DNA of 64,000 nucleotides from an uncultured Armatimonadia bacterium (GTDB taxonomy: Bacteria > Armatimonadota > Zipacnadia > CAVVLO01). Positions 1 through 8,829 of this stretch are shown here, one piece after another. Within the stretch, counting starts at the first letter, position 1; each line of letters opens with the position of its first letter. The stretch is taken from NCBI GenBank assembly GCA_963749155.1, contig CAVVLO010000003.1:192612-256611 (forward strand), written 5' to 3'. Under the pieces are notes generated by a model that was not told the origin of the DNA, did not search any database, and saw nothing but the letters and a program-made list of their open reading frames with translations. The position numbers were made by a program, and so were the translations under genes.

Positions 1-419
1 GTCTCGAGGAAGACGCCGTGCGAGACGGCGACGCCGGCCTTCCCCGCCGCCATCGTCTTCACTGGCGACCAGGTGGCGCCCTCATCGTCGCTTACAGTCC
101 AGCGCGCTTCCTCTGTGACGGTGTTCTCGCCGCCCTGGTTATGCCCGAAACTGGCATAAAGTCGCCCTTTATGGAAGGCCAGCGCCACTCCGTGGAGGAA
201 CCGGTAGCCGTCCACCTCGGGCTCGAAGCCTTTGATGAGGTGGAAGGTAGCTCCTACCACAGGCTGGATTTCAGCAGTTGCGGGGACAGGCAGCGAGGCC
301 TGCCAGAGAGTCCGGGCAGAGGGCTCTCCCAGGGCGTCATCAGCCCAGCCGGGGTTTGTCCTGTGCAGCCTCGCGCAACAGGCTAGCGCTAGCAGTAAGA
401 AGGCCAGAGTCCGGATCAT
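1..419 (-). CDS. Secreted BNR/Asp-box (sialidase-like) protein, N-terminal part; 3' end lies outside the window
   Basis: Not in the ORF track because there is no stop inside the window. Hand translation of the minus strand from the ATG (rc of cat 417-419) gives MIRTLAFLLLALACCA (signal peptide), then GRLYASFGHNQGGENTVTEEARWTVSDDEGATWSPVK, which contains an Asp-box SxDxGxTW. The frame stays open to nt 1. Confidence 0.6.
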   Translation of the reverse strand, partial: MIRTLAFLLLALACCARLHRTNPGWADDALGEPSARTLWQASLPVPATAEIQPVVGATFHLIKGFEPEVDGYRFLHGVALAFHKGRLYASFGHNQGGENTVTEEARWTVSDDEGATWSPVKTMAAGKAGVAVSHGVFLE

Positions 420-467
420 AAGGTTGCTCCTGCCAGGTTGAAACGGAATTCGCCTAATCTTTTCTCT

Positions 468-1865
468 TTAGTAAGCAAGTGAATAGAGCCGCATATCTCG
501 GAAGTAGAGCTTCAATTGCACCTGAGTACCGGCTGCAGCCTCAGGCAGAAGCCGTTCTCCCCACCTCAAAGGCAGGTTTGTCGCCTCGCTTACCAGATAC
601 ACAGCTTTCTCGCGCTCGAAGCCAGGGATAACCTGACCAGCCTCATCAAGCAGCTCTGCCATCAGATAGCCAGAACGAAAAGCGCCTTCCTCCTCCCTGC
701 GTTCTGCCTCGAAACTGACCTCCAGCTCAAGAGGCCTTCCTGATAAAGTCAGGGTTTTGGTTGTCACCTCGGCATTGGCCCGGCTACAGGCATAAAACAG
801 CCGCCGTCGGTCCAGCGAGTAGGAGTGGCCGCTTGCAACCCAGCGAAGCTCCTCCCCGACCTCGATTGGTGCGGGCAGATTATAGGTGAAGGCGCGCGGC
901 ATTCCTTCAAGCGCGGAACTATCGCGGAAAGGTCTTTCCCAGGCCAAGCCGTCCGAACTCACCCACCATTCACAGCCCAGGAAAGGCCCGTGGGGGAAAG
1001 GACTGCTAAGCGGCAAGGCTTTGGGTTGCGAGGCGTATTTCACCATAACGCCGGCCCAGAAATCTCCAAGGGAGAAAGCTCGAAAGGTGTAGAACTCGGT
1101 TTCAGGCGGGTCTAGTGCATCCGGCACAATCAGTTGGTCTTCAGGCAGATAAGGCCCTGAGGCGCCAAAACTGCCTCCAGGAGTCCAGACAAGCCCGTCA
1201 GGACTGGTTCGGAGATGCAACACGCGTCGTATCTCGGGCATATTATCGGGGTAGCGTTTATCAGGCCAGAGCTGATAGGCCGTCTGGTAATTCACGAACT
1301 GGCCCAGCTTCTCGTTCCAGACGAAGCCAAAGGCGTCCTGGCCTCGGTAAACGGGTTCGGAGCTGAGCTGCTTGACTTCGCCCCCAGCCAAAGGACAGCT
1401 AAAGACGTGAAAAGTATGGCCTTGATGCCAGGGCTCACCGACTGCGCAGAGGAGCAAAACTAGAGTCTCACCCTTCAGCGCAACATCACCGTGCAACCAT
1501 CTGGTAGTCGAAGGCGGCACTTCGAATAATTGGGTCGCATCAGTAAAGGTTATGCCATCGTTGGTGCTGGCGCGCCAGACTTGGGGAAGTGCCCCTGTCG
1601 CCCGGCGGATGCCATAAACAAGCGTGGTGTCAGCGAGGGGCAAAGTCCCACAGATGTTGAAACCAGGCCCGCAAGTAACAGCCCCCTTGCGAGGAGCTTC
1701 GGCCCCATACACGACCTGGCCATATTCGACTGTAAGCGCGCCAGGTGAGCCAAAAGTCAGGCGGCTGGTTGTTTTCGGGGAACTGGCAACCTCCTCCGCT
1801 CTGGCAAACCACCCCAGTCCCAGGAGGCACCCAACCATTAACAAGGCCGACCAGTTGGTACTCAT
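468..1865 (-). CDS. Secreted beta-propeller glycosidase-like protein (family not recognised)
   Basis: Uninterrupted 465-aa ORF with a GAGGA RBS about 9 nt upstream. Signal peptide MSTNWSALLMVGCLLGLGWFARA. Asp-box-like TSPDGLVW and SSDGLAW. Beta-sandwich-like C-terminus ...QLKLYFRDMRLYSLAY. Confidence 0.7.
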   Translation of the reverse strand: MSTNWSALLMVGCLLGLGWFARAEEVASSPKTTSRLTFGSPGALTVEYGQVVYGAEAPRKGAVTCGPGFNICGTLPLADTTLVYGIRRATGALPQVWRASTNDGITFTDATQLFEVPPSTTRWLHGDVALKGETLVLLLCAVGEPWHQGHTFHVFSCPLAGGEVKQLSSEPVYRGQDAFGFVWNEKLGQFVNYQTAYQLWPDKRYPDNMPEIRRVLHLRTSPDGLVWTPGGSFGASGPYLPEDQLIVPDALDPPETEFYTFRAFSLGDFWAGVMVKYASQPKALPLSSPFPHGPFLGCEWWVSSDGLAWERPFRDSSALEGMPRAFTYNLPAPIEVGEELRWVASGHSYSLDRRRLFYACSRANAEVTTKTLTLSGRPLELEVSFEAERREEEGAFRSGYLMAELLDEAGQVIPGFEREKAVYLVSEATNLPLRWGERLLPEAAAGTQVQLKLYFRDMRLYSLAY

Positions 1866-1889
1866 ATGGATTTTTCCTCAGCTCAGTTA

Positions 1890-3362
1890 CTAGTGGTAGA
1901 CGCGCCAGGCCGCCTGGGTATAGTCCCCTGAATCGCCATCCAGCGTGAGGGTGGCGGTGTCGCCGGAGACTTCCACCTGCGCATCGGCGGCCTTGGTCCA
2001 TCCGCCAGTGACCATATCGAAGGAGCCGCGCTCGAAGTGGAAGCCTTCGAAACCACCGGACCTTGTGAGGCTCAGCGTTGTCGACCCTCCGAGCGTGGTC
2101 ACGGTCAGGGCAAGCTCCTGTTCGCCAGTGCGGAAGACGACACCATAATCCTTGTCGCTGCTCGTCTGGCTGACTGCGAACTCCCCAAGCTGCGCTGATG
2201 ATTCTGTCGCGGCATAGCCCCACCAGAACTTGCGGTCGGGGCCGGCGGACTTCAGCCGCGCGAGCCAGTAGTGCAGCGCCTTCAAGGGCCCCCAGGTAGT
2301 GCGCAACAAGGCCCTGTACGGCACATCCGGCTTGATGATGGACACCTGAGGCGGGTCCCAGTAGATGGCCCCGAGGCCCCCGTAATGCAGGATTGTATAC
2401 CAGGGCGCTATCTCCAGATGAGGCACGCAAGGCCCCCAGCCAGTGGGGATGCCATCGGTGAACACAAAGTTGCCTGGGATGCATTCCGGCTTGAAATAGT
2501 CCATCTCCTTGCTGGTGAAAGTCTCGGCATCGCCCGTGTTGGTGACAGAAGGCACCATAAAATGGTTGGGCCGGTTTATAATCGCTTTGAAGGCGACGGG
2601 ATCCTCGGCGTAGCGCCAGCCCGGGAAAAGGTTATGCGGGCACACCTGCGAGTAGGTGGGGAGGTCGAGATGCCTGGCGCCGGCCTCGATCAGCGTCTTC
2701 ACATAGCGCGCAAACTGGCCGGTCATAAAAGCCAGGTTGCTCTCGACGCCGGGCTTGTAGGCCGCGTTGCACCACTCGCACTGGCAGCGGACATCGCGCT
2801 CGGGCGTCCAGGTGGCCGGATTCAGGGCGCGCGCGTAGTTGATCTCTCCGCTTACACTGATGGCCACTACGTTATGATTGGTATCAACCTGGGCGATATG
2901 CTCGACAAGGCGCTCATAGGCGGCGCACTCGGCGGCCAGAGTGGCGGGGCAAGAGGGGCAATAGAGGCGGTCTTCTTCCACCCCATCATCAACCCAGCCC
3001 TCCTTGTACCGCTTGTACTCGTCATAGTGGAAGCCCGTGATGCGCGTGTAGGTTTCCGGGTCATCGCGTACCCAGTCGGGCACGAAGAGCGGATCGCCCG
3101 CGGCGTAGTCAATGCCGACCCACATTGGGATGGCCTTCAGCCCGTGCTGCTCTGCAAGTGCCAGCACCTGGTCCACGAAACTGAAATCATACTGGCCCAG
3201 ACCTGCGCGTTCGACGTTCTTCCAGGTCACAGGAAAAGCCAGCACGTTGGCGTTGCAGTAGACGCTTGCCTCGCACTGCTGGCGGATGTAGTCCACGTTG
3301 CCAGCGTCCGCCGCCCAGGTGTCCGCGTCGATGCCGAAGAGGACATATTTGGCCTCGCCCAC
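1890..3362 (-). CDS. GH42-like (beta-galactosidase family) TIM-barrel glycosidase; its signal peptide appears displaced into another frame
   Basis: 490-aa ORF. FPVTWKNVERAGLGQYDFSFVDQVLALAEQHGLK. The Cys cluster CQCEWC resembles the GH42 CxCxxC zinc site. The listed start is a GTG; the upstream in-frame sequence ...LALAADLPFIGSDDDGGPVWQ looks like the end of a signal peptide. Confidence 0.75.
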   Translation of the reverse strand: MGEAKYVLFGIDADTWAADAGNVDYIRQQCEASVYCNANVLAFPVTWKNVERAGLGQYDFSFVDQVLALAEQHGLKAIPMWVGIDYAAGDPLFVPDWVRDDPETYTRITGFHYDEYKRYKEGWVDDGVEEDRLYCPSCPATLAAECAAYERLVEHIAQVDTNHNVVAISVSGEINYARALNPATWTPERDVRCQCEWCNAAYKPGVESNLAFMTGQFARYVKTLIEAGARHLDLPTYSQVCPHNLFPGWRYAEDPVAFKAIINRPNHFMVPSVTNTGDAETFTSKEMDYFKPECIPGNFVFTDGIPTGWGPCVPHLEIAPWYTILHYGGLGAIYWDPPQVSIIKPDVPYRALLRTTWGPLKALHYWLARLKSAGPDRKFWWGYAATESSAQLGEFAVSQTSSDKDYGVVFRTGEQELALTVTTLGGSTTLSLTRSGGFEGFHFERGSFDMVTGGWTKAADAQVEVSGDTATLTLDGDSGDYTQAAWRVYH

Positions 3363-3629
3363 CTGCCAGACAGGCCCCCCGTCGTCATCAGAGCCGATGA
3401 AAGGCAGGTCGGCAGCCAGAGCCAGCCCACAGCCAGCTCAGACAGAACAGCAGCAGTAGAATCACAAAAGTCATATGCCAACTCCCACTTTATCACCAGA
3501 TGATTTGAAAAGTACCACGTGACGGGCCTCTTCCCTGCCCCCCGCCTGAAGGAACTGGCGATTGGACCGCCAACCTTGCTCTGATTATCCTGGACTGGTC
3601 ACTCAATCTTCGGAAGGCGGAGGCACAGA

Positions 3630-4859
3630 GTGAAACTGCTTGGCGTAATTATCCTTCTGCTTGCTTGCTATGTAGTTGCCTTTGCTCAACCAGCAACCTC
3701 CCCCTCAGGATTGAATGTCCGTGACTTTGGCGCTGTGGGCGATGGCGTGGCCGACGATACTGCAGCCTTCGAGCAGGCCCTCGCTGCGGCCGCCGAGTTG
3801 CCAACAGGTCGCGCTGTAAAAGTACCAGCAGGCCTCTACCGACTGACCCGCACCTTAACTCTGGACAGTGTATTGTTGATTGGCCTTGAGGCGGGCGGCT
3901 TTCCTGCCGATACCCAGCCCCTTCCCCACCTGGTGGTGGACGTGCCAGCTCCCGCGCCCTGCTTCATCGCGAAGACTGGCGCTTCGCTGCACGGCCTGGA
4001 GTTTGATTTTCTCTACACGACACCCGAGCGCGAGTTTGGTCCTGCTGTGAGGCTGGAAGGCGGCGGGGTGTCCCTTTCCAACCTGCTGCTGCACAACCCG
4101 ACTTCAGGCATCGTGGCGGATGGCACTGTTAACTGTGGCCGGGTGAATCTCGAGAACCTCTTCATCGTCAACGCGCGCGATGTGGGAGTGCGGTTCGAGT
4201 ATGCACTCGACGTCGTGACCTTCCGTAATGTCCACGTCTGGAATTACATGCCGGAGTTGGTCGGGACCTGCACTGGCTTCTTGATCGGTCACGTGGATGA
4301 GATCCGGATGTCGGACTGTTCTGTCGTACTGGCAAAAATCGGCTTCCATTTCGTCGAGACCGAATTGCCCGATGGCCGGACAGGGAGCGTCTGGGGCGGG
4401 ATGGTCAACTGCACGGTGGATTCGAGTAACCTGGGCATCCAGGTAGACAGCGCCTCCGTGCTGCGCATCCAGGGCGGCAGCCTGTGGGCGCACGGCTACG
4501 GGCTTATCCTGAATGGTCCGGGCGACGTCATCGTCACCGGCGCAGACCTGCGAGCCAACGGAGCGCATAGCGTTGACGTCCGAGAGGCTGCCACCGGCAC
4601 TCTGACAGTAACCGGCTGCCTGTTCAAGAAGAACGGCCCCAACTGGCCCGAGGCCGCCAAGCTGAACGTCAACGGCCCGGCCTCGGTGCTGGTGAGTGGT
4701 TGCCAGTTCGACGAGAACAGCCTGGGCGTGTATTTGGGCCCGAAGGCCAGGCGCATCAGCTTCACTGGTAACGTCTTCGCCACGTCGCTCCACCCGACGC
4801 TGGTGCATGAGATAAGCGCCGACTGTGCCCTGGTCATCGCCAACAACCTGGGGCTGTAG
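3630..4859 (+). CDS. Secreted right-handed beta-helix protein (pectate-lyase superfamily, Pectate_lyase_3-like)
   Basis: GGAGG RBS and GTG start. Signal peptide MKLLGVIILLLACYVVAFA. N-terminal motif LNVRDFGAVGDGVADDTAAFEQAL. The rest is repetitive and beta-rich. Confidence 0.8.
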   Translation: MKLLGVIILLLACYVVAFAQPATSPSGLNVRDFGAVGDGVADDTAAFEQALAAAAELPTGRAVKVPAGLYRLTRTLTLDSVLLIGLEAGGFPADTQPLPHLVVDVPAPAPCFIAKTGASLHGLEFDFLYTTPEREFGPAVRLEGGGVSLSNLLLHNPTSGIVADGTVNCGRVNLENLFIVNARDVGVRFEYALDVVTFRNVHVWNYMPELVGTCTGFLIGHVDEIRMSDCSVVLAKIGFHFVETELPDGRTGSVWGGMVNCTVDSSNLGIQVDSASVLRIQGGSLWAHGYGLILNGPGDVIVTGADLRANGAHSVDVREAATGTLTVTGCLFKKNGPNWPEAAKLNVNGPASVLVSGCQFDENSLGVYLGPKARRISFTGNVFATSLHPTLVHEISADCALVIANNLGL

Positions 4860-4901
4860 CAGTGCCCTGAGAGCAAGAGAAGCACGAAAGGAGAGTCTCT
4901 A

Positions 4902-6605
4902 ATGCAGACCTTTGCCTGGCTTATCGTACCGCTGATTCTCTGTCTTGCTTACGCCTCGGCCAATGCGGTGGGGCGAGAGGGCTTGCTGCTGGAATATCAC
5001 TTCGATGGCAACCTCGACGATAGCTCCGGAGGTGGCCAGACAGGCACTCTGGCAGGCGCGGTTCAATATGGAGAGGGTAAAGAGGGCCAGGCCCTTGCCT
5101 TCGATGGGGCCAGCTATTTCGACTCCGGCCTGTTGCTGCCGGAGCTTGCCACCTTCACCGTCGAAGCCTGGGTGAAGCCAGCCGAGAAGCAGGGTGACTG
5201 GGCCAATATCCTCGGCAACCACGCCGGCGGCGGTGTCAGCGGGCTGGTGGTGCAGCAGTATGCCGACAAGACCAATGCCTTTACCTATGTCTTTGGCTCA
5301 ACTACTGGGCGCTACTATGAAAGCGGTCCGGTGCAATTTGCCGCGGGCAAGTGGCAACATGTCGCCCTGGTGAAAGACGCCACCGAGCTGCGCGGCTATC
5401 TGAATGGCGTCCTCGTTATTGCTATGCCGGCCGAAGGCTCGATGGCGGTGAGCGATACGACCTTCCGGGTCGGCCTCGGCTTTCCCTACCCCACGCGTTG
5501 CTTTACGGGCCTTGTGGATGAAGTGCGGGTGTGGGACAAGGCCCTCACGACCTTCGATGTGGCGCTGTCCGAGAGCGAACAGATGGCCCTTTTTGCCTCC
5601 TTCGCAGCAGACCATACCTGTCTAAAGGTAACCTGGCCAGGTGAAACCGGTCTGCTTACTACCGATGCACCCCGCGAACTTACCCTTTCGGCCGATGAGC
5701 GCTTTCTGCCTGCGGCAATCGACGAGGTAACAGTCACTTTGGAAGCGCGCGATTATGCGGGCACTCTGCTCGAAGCTTTGCCCTCGGTCACGCTGGAACG
5801 CTCGAAAGCTTTCTCCGCGCCCCTCGTGATGCCAGCCAGGGCCGGCTTCTACTGCCTTACCGCACTGCCTCTTGCCCACGCTGACCAGGAAAGCGTCAAG
5901 CTGGGGTCCTTTGCTTTCACGTGCCTTGTGCAAAATCCAGCCAGCGCCTCCCGCGAGGCAGTACCGACCCCGATAACAACTAGAAGCCTCGATGGCGACG
6001 ACTGGCTGCTTGCGACCGACCCAGACAACCTGGGGAAACAGGGCAACTGGCAGCTTGCTCCCCAGCCCGAGGCCGTTCGAGCCAGCGTGCCGTGGATCAT
6101 CCAGGACCCCTTCCCCGGTTATCACGGGCTGGCCTGGTACTGGCGTTCCTTTACGCCGCCTGCCAATCCTTATGAGGGTGGGCGGACGCTGCTGCGCTTC
6201 GGGCAGGTGGATTATCTGGCTGAGGTTTGGCTGAACGGCGTCCCAATCGGCGGTCATGAGGGCGGCGAGACGCCCTTCGAGCTGGATGTCACCGACACCC
6301 TCAAGCCTGGCCAGGAGAACCTGCTGGCCGTGCGCGTCCTCAATCCAACCCATGACCGGATAGACGATATGGTGCTGGCGGAGACTCCGCATCGCTGCAA
6401 GGTGATGCCCTACAGCGCCGGCGCGGCTTACAACCACGGAGGCATAACCGGCTCGGTCGAACTCGTCCTCGCGCCGCCTGTCCGCCTTGCCGACCTGTAT
6501 GTCCGGCCTTACGCTGACTCGGGCAAGGTGAGAGTTGCGTTTTACCATCCGCAACACGCGCAAGGAGGCCGTGCAGGCGCGTTTCAGCCTGGCTATCGCC
6601 CCTGA
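4902..6605 (+). CDS. LamG/ConA-like lectin domain plus GH2-type sugar-binding domain (fragment 1 of 3 of one ~1300-aa GH2-like gene)
   Basis: Signal peptide MQTFAWLIVPLILCLAYASA. LamG-like FTVEAWVKP, KWQHVALV, YLNGVLV, DEVRVWDKAL. GH2 N-domain-like WYWRSF and LRFGQVDYLAEVWLNGVPIGGHEGGETPFELDVT. Sequence continuity moves to the +1 frame at about 6541. Confidence 0.8.
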   Translation: MQTFAWLIVPLILCLAYASANAVGREGLLLEYHFDGNLDDSSGGGQTGTLAGAVQYGEGKEGQALAFDGASYFDSGLLLPELATFTVEAWVKPAEKQGDWANILGNHAGGGVSGLVVQQYADKTNAFTYVFGSTTGRYYESGPVQFAAGKWQHVALVKDATELRGYLNGVLVIAMPAEGSMAVSDTTFRVGLGFPYPTRCFTGLVDEVRVWDKALTTFDVALSESEQMALFASFAADHTCLKVTWPGETGLLTTDAPRELTLSADERFLPAAIDEVTVTLEARDYAGTLLEALPSVTLERSKAFSAPLVMPARAGFYCLTALPLAHADQESVKLGSFAFTCLVQNPASASREAVPTPITTRSLDGDDWLLATDPDNLGKQGNWQLAPQPEAVRASVPWIIQDPFPGYHGLAWYWRSFTPPANPYEGGRTLLRFGQVDYLAEVWLNGVPIGGHEGGETPFELDVTDTLKPGQENLLAVRVLNPTHDRIDDMVLAETPHRCKVMPYSAGAAYNHGGITGSVELVLAPPVRLADLYVRPYADSGKVRVAFYHPQHAQGGRAGAFQPGYRP

Positions 6606-7845
6606 TGCTGCCCCGTCAGGCCTCCCTTGCCAGCCGACAACTCTTGCGAAGACTCTAGCTCCGGGTGACAACGAAGTAGAAGTCTGGCTGAGCGTGGATT
6701 CGCCGCACCTGTGGAATCTCGACGACCCCTTCCTGTACCGGGCGAGTGTCCAGATGGACTGCGAGGGCAGCCCGGATGTAGCCTCCACGCGTTGCGGATT
6801 CAGAGATTTCCGGTTTGAGAAAGGCTATTTCAGGTTGAATGGCAAGCGCCTCTTCCTGAAGTCCGCCCACACGGTCAACCATTTCCCCGTCGGGCTGCAG
6901 TTTCCATATAAAGCCGACTACGACCGGATGGACCTCGTGAATGCCAAGGCGATGGGCTTCAATATGGTGCGGTTCATCTGCGGAGGCGCCACGCCCGAGC
7001 AACTTGACCTGTGCGATGAGCTTGGCCTGATGGTCTATGAGGAATCCTACGCCAGTTGGATTCCGATGGTGGACACGCCCAAGCTGGCTGAACGCTATGA
7101 CCGGTCAGTCAGCGAGCTTATCTTGCGTGACCGCAACCACCCGAGCGTCGTGCTTTGGGGCCTGTTGAACGAAGTAAACGATGGCCCGCTGTTCCGTCAC
7201 GCAGTCGCAACCCTGCCCCTTGTGCGCTACCTGGACGACAGCCGCCTGGTGATGCTGGACAGCGGCAGGTGGGACGCCCAGACTGACATCGGCTCCTGTG
7301 CAAATCCGGATTCCCTGGTCTGGGCGCCTTCACTTGGGCTCGAAGGCCTTGGTCAGCCTGTAAAATCCCTTACCCCACCCGCTGGCTCGCTTGGCTATTT
7401 CTACAAGGCGGGTGACACGCATATCTACCTGAAGGTGCCGCAGACCGCCGAGTCAACGGCTTTCCTGCGGACAGTTGGGCATGACACCCAGCATGTCTTC
7501 CTCTCGGAATATGGCATCGGCAGCGCTGTGGACCTCTGGCGCGTGGTGCGGCACTATCGAGCAACTTGGCAGGACGGACGTCGAGGATGCCCAGTTCTAC
7601 CGCGCGCGGCTGGATCAGTTCCTCTTCGACTGGGACCGCTGGCAGCTTGGCGAGTGTTTCGATGCGCCGGAGAGCTTCTTCGAGGCGAGTCTTGCCCGGA
7701 TGGCCTCTCAGCGCACCCTCGGCCTCAACGCCATCCGGTCGAATCCGAGTCTCGTCGGCCACAATCTAACGGGGATGATAGACCATGTGATGAGCGGCGA
7801 GGGCCTGACCAACGCCTTCCGCGAGCACAAGCCTGGCACGATTGA
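6535..7845 (+). CDS. GH2-like Ig and TIM-barrel catalytic region (fragment 2 of 3)
   Basis: CGFRDFRFEKGYFRLNGKRLFLKSAH, MGFNMVRF, RDRNHPSVVLWGLLNE (clan GH-A acid/base NE), VFLSEYG. Plausible protein sequence ends near 7557; the tail of the listed ORF reads as out-of-frame. Confidence 0.8.
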   Translation: MRFTIRNTRKEAVQARFSLAIAPDAAPSGLPCQPTTLAKTLAPGDNEVEVWLSVDSPHLWNLDDPFLYRASVQMDCEGSPDVASTRCGFRDFRFEKGYFRLNGKRLFLKSAHTVNHFPVGLQFPYKADYDRMDLVNAKAMGFNMVRFICGGATPEQLDLCDELGLMVYEESYASWIPMVDTPKLAERYDRSVSELILRDRNHPSVVLWGLLNEVNDGPLFRHAVATLPLVRYLDDSRLVMLDSGRWDAQTDIGSCANPDSLVWAPSLGLEGLGQPVKSLTPPAGSLGYFYKAGDTHIYLKVPQTAESTAFLRTVGHDTQHVFLSEYGIGSAVDLWRVVRHYRATWQDGRRGCPVLPRAAGSVPLRLGPLAAWRVFRCAGELLRGESCPDGLSAHPRPQRHPVESESRRPQSNGDDRPCDERRGPDQRLPRAQAWHD

Positions 7846-8827
7846 CGCGATGTTTGAGGCCTGGGCGCCGCTGAGGCTGTGCCTGTTTGCCGAGCCGGTC
7901 AACCTCTACCCAGGTGATACTGTCGAACTCGAAGCCGTAGTCGCTAATGAAGACGCGCTGAAGCCAGGCGACTATCCGGTAAGGCTGCTGGTCATCGCGC
8001 CGGATGGCAGCAAAGCGCTGGACAAGACCGTCACGCTCACCATCCCGGAGCCCGGTGACGGCGAGGAGCTGCCCTTCGCGCTGCCTCTCTTCAAGGAGTC
8101 GCTGAAGCTGGCTGGGCCTTCGGGAAAGTGGCTGTTCCGCGCCTCTTTCCAGCAAGGCGCAGCCGCGTCAGGCGGGGTAACAGAGTTCTATGTTACTGAC
8201 CGCGCCCCCTTGCCGAAGGGAGAGGCGCAGGTGAGGCTGTTCGGGGACGATCCGGGCCTTTCGAGCTGGCTTGGCGAACACTCAATCGCTACCCAGCCCT
8301 GGGCCGCGGGCGAGTTGCCTGCCGGGAGTGTAATCCTGGTCGGGCAGGCTGTCCCCGCCGACCACGAGGCCGCCTTCACGGAGCTGAAGCGTCAGGTGGA
8401 GGCCGGCGCGCGGGTTATCTTCCTTTGCCCGGCAGTCTTTGCCGAAGGGAGCGACCCCAATCACTGGCAGCAGCTCTTCGCGCCTGGCTCGCAGTTCTCA
8501 CTTGGCAGTTGGCTCTATCTGATGGATGCCTGGGGCAAGCGCCATCCGCTCTTCGAGGGGCTTCAGACTGGCGGTCTGCTGGACTATACCTACTATAGGG
8601 AATTGATCCACGACACGGTTTTCAACTTCGCTACTCCCCCTCGAGAAGCCGTCGCAGGGGGTATCAACGCGGCGCTCAACTACGGCTCGGGGCTGCTGCT
8701 CTCGGTACACGAGGTGGGCGCTGGGAAGGCCCTGCTGACGACCTTGCTTGTCCGCGAGTATCTCGGTACCCACCCAGCTGCCGACCGCCTGCTGGTAAAT
8801 ATGATTGAGTACCTTTCAGCGCCGTAA
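7475..8827 (+). CDS. GH2-like enzyme, C-terminal region (fragment 3 of 3)
   Basis: From about 7557 it continues ...EQLGRTDVEDAQFYRARLDQFLFDWDRW... for about 420 aa to the stop at 8825-8827. The first ~28 residues of the listed ORF are read-in from the wrong frame. Confidence 0.7.
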   Translation: MGMTPSMSSSRNMASAALWTSGAWCGTIEQLGRTDVEDAQFYRARLDQFLFDWDRWQLGECFDAPESFFEASLARMASQRTLGLNAIRSNPSLVGHNLTGMIDHVMSGEGLTNAFREHKPGTIDAMFEAWAPLRLCLFAEPVNLYPGDTVELEAVVANEDALKPGDYPVRLLVIAPDGSKALDKTVTLTIPEPGDGEELPFALPLFKESLKLAGPSGKWLFRASFQQGAAASGGVTEFYVTDRAPLPKGEAQVRLFGDDPGLSSWLGEHSIATQPWAAGELPAGSVILVGQAVPADHEAAFTELKRQVEAGARVIFLCPAVFAEGSDPNHWQQLFAPGSQFSLGSWLYLMDAWGKRHPLFEGLQTGGLLDYTYYRELIHDTVFNFATPPREAVAGGINAALNYGSGLLLSVHEVGAGKALLTTLLVREYLGTHPAADRLLVNMIEYLSAP

Positions 8828-8829
8828 GG

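Noticed and set aside
2271-3503. Long antisense or overlapping ORFs (for example 2271-3503 plus strand, 5622-6788 minus, 9490-10521 plus, 35958-37109 plus, 56639-57937 minus, 1630-2484 minus)
   Set aside because: They lie fully inside well-supported genes on the opposite strand or in another frame. They are Arg/Ala/Gly/Pro-rich with no recognisable motifs. They are the expected stop-codon-poor shadow frames of high-GC DNA.
4902-8827. Programmed ribosomal frameshifting or recoding as the explanation for the split genes
   Set aside because: About 20 sites in unrelated genes share no slippery motif or downstream structure. Functionally unrelated housekeeping-type genes (permease, antiporter, dehydrogenase) are affected. 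Several sites sit in homopolymers. No in-frame TGA pattern suggests selenocysteine or an alternative code.
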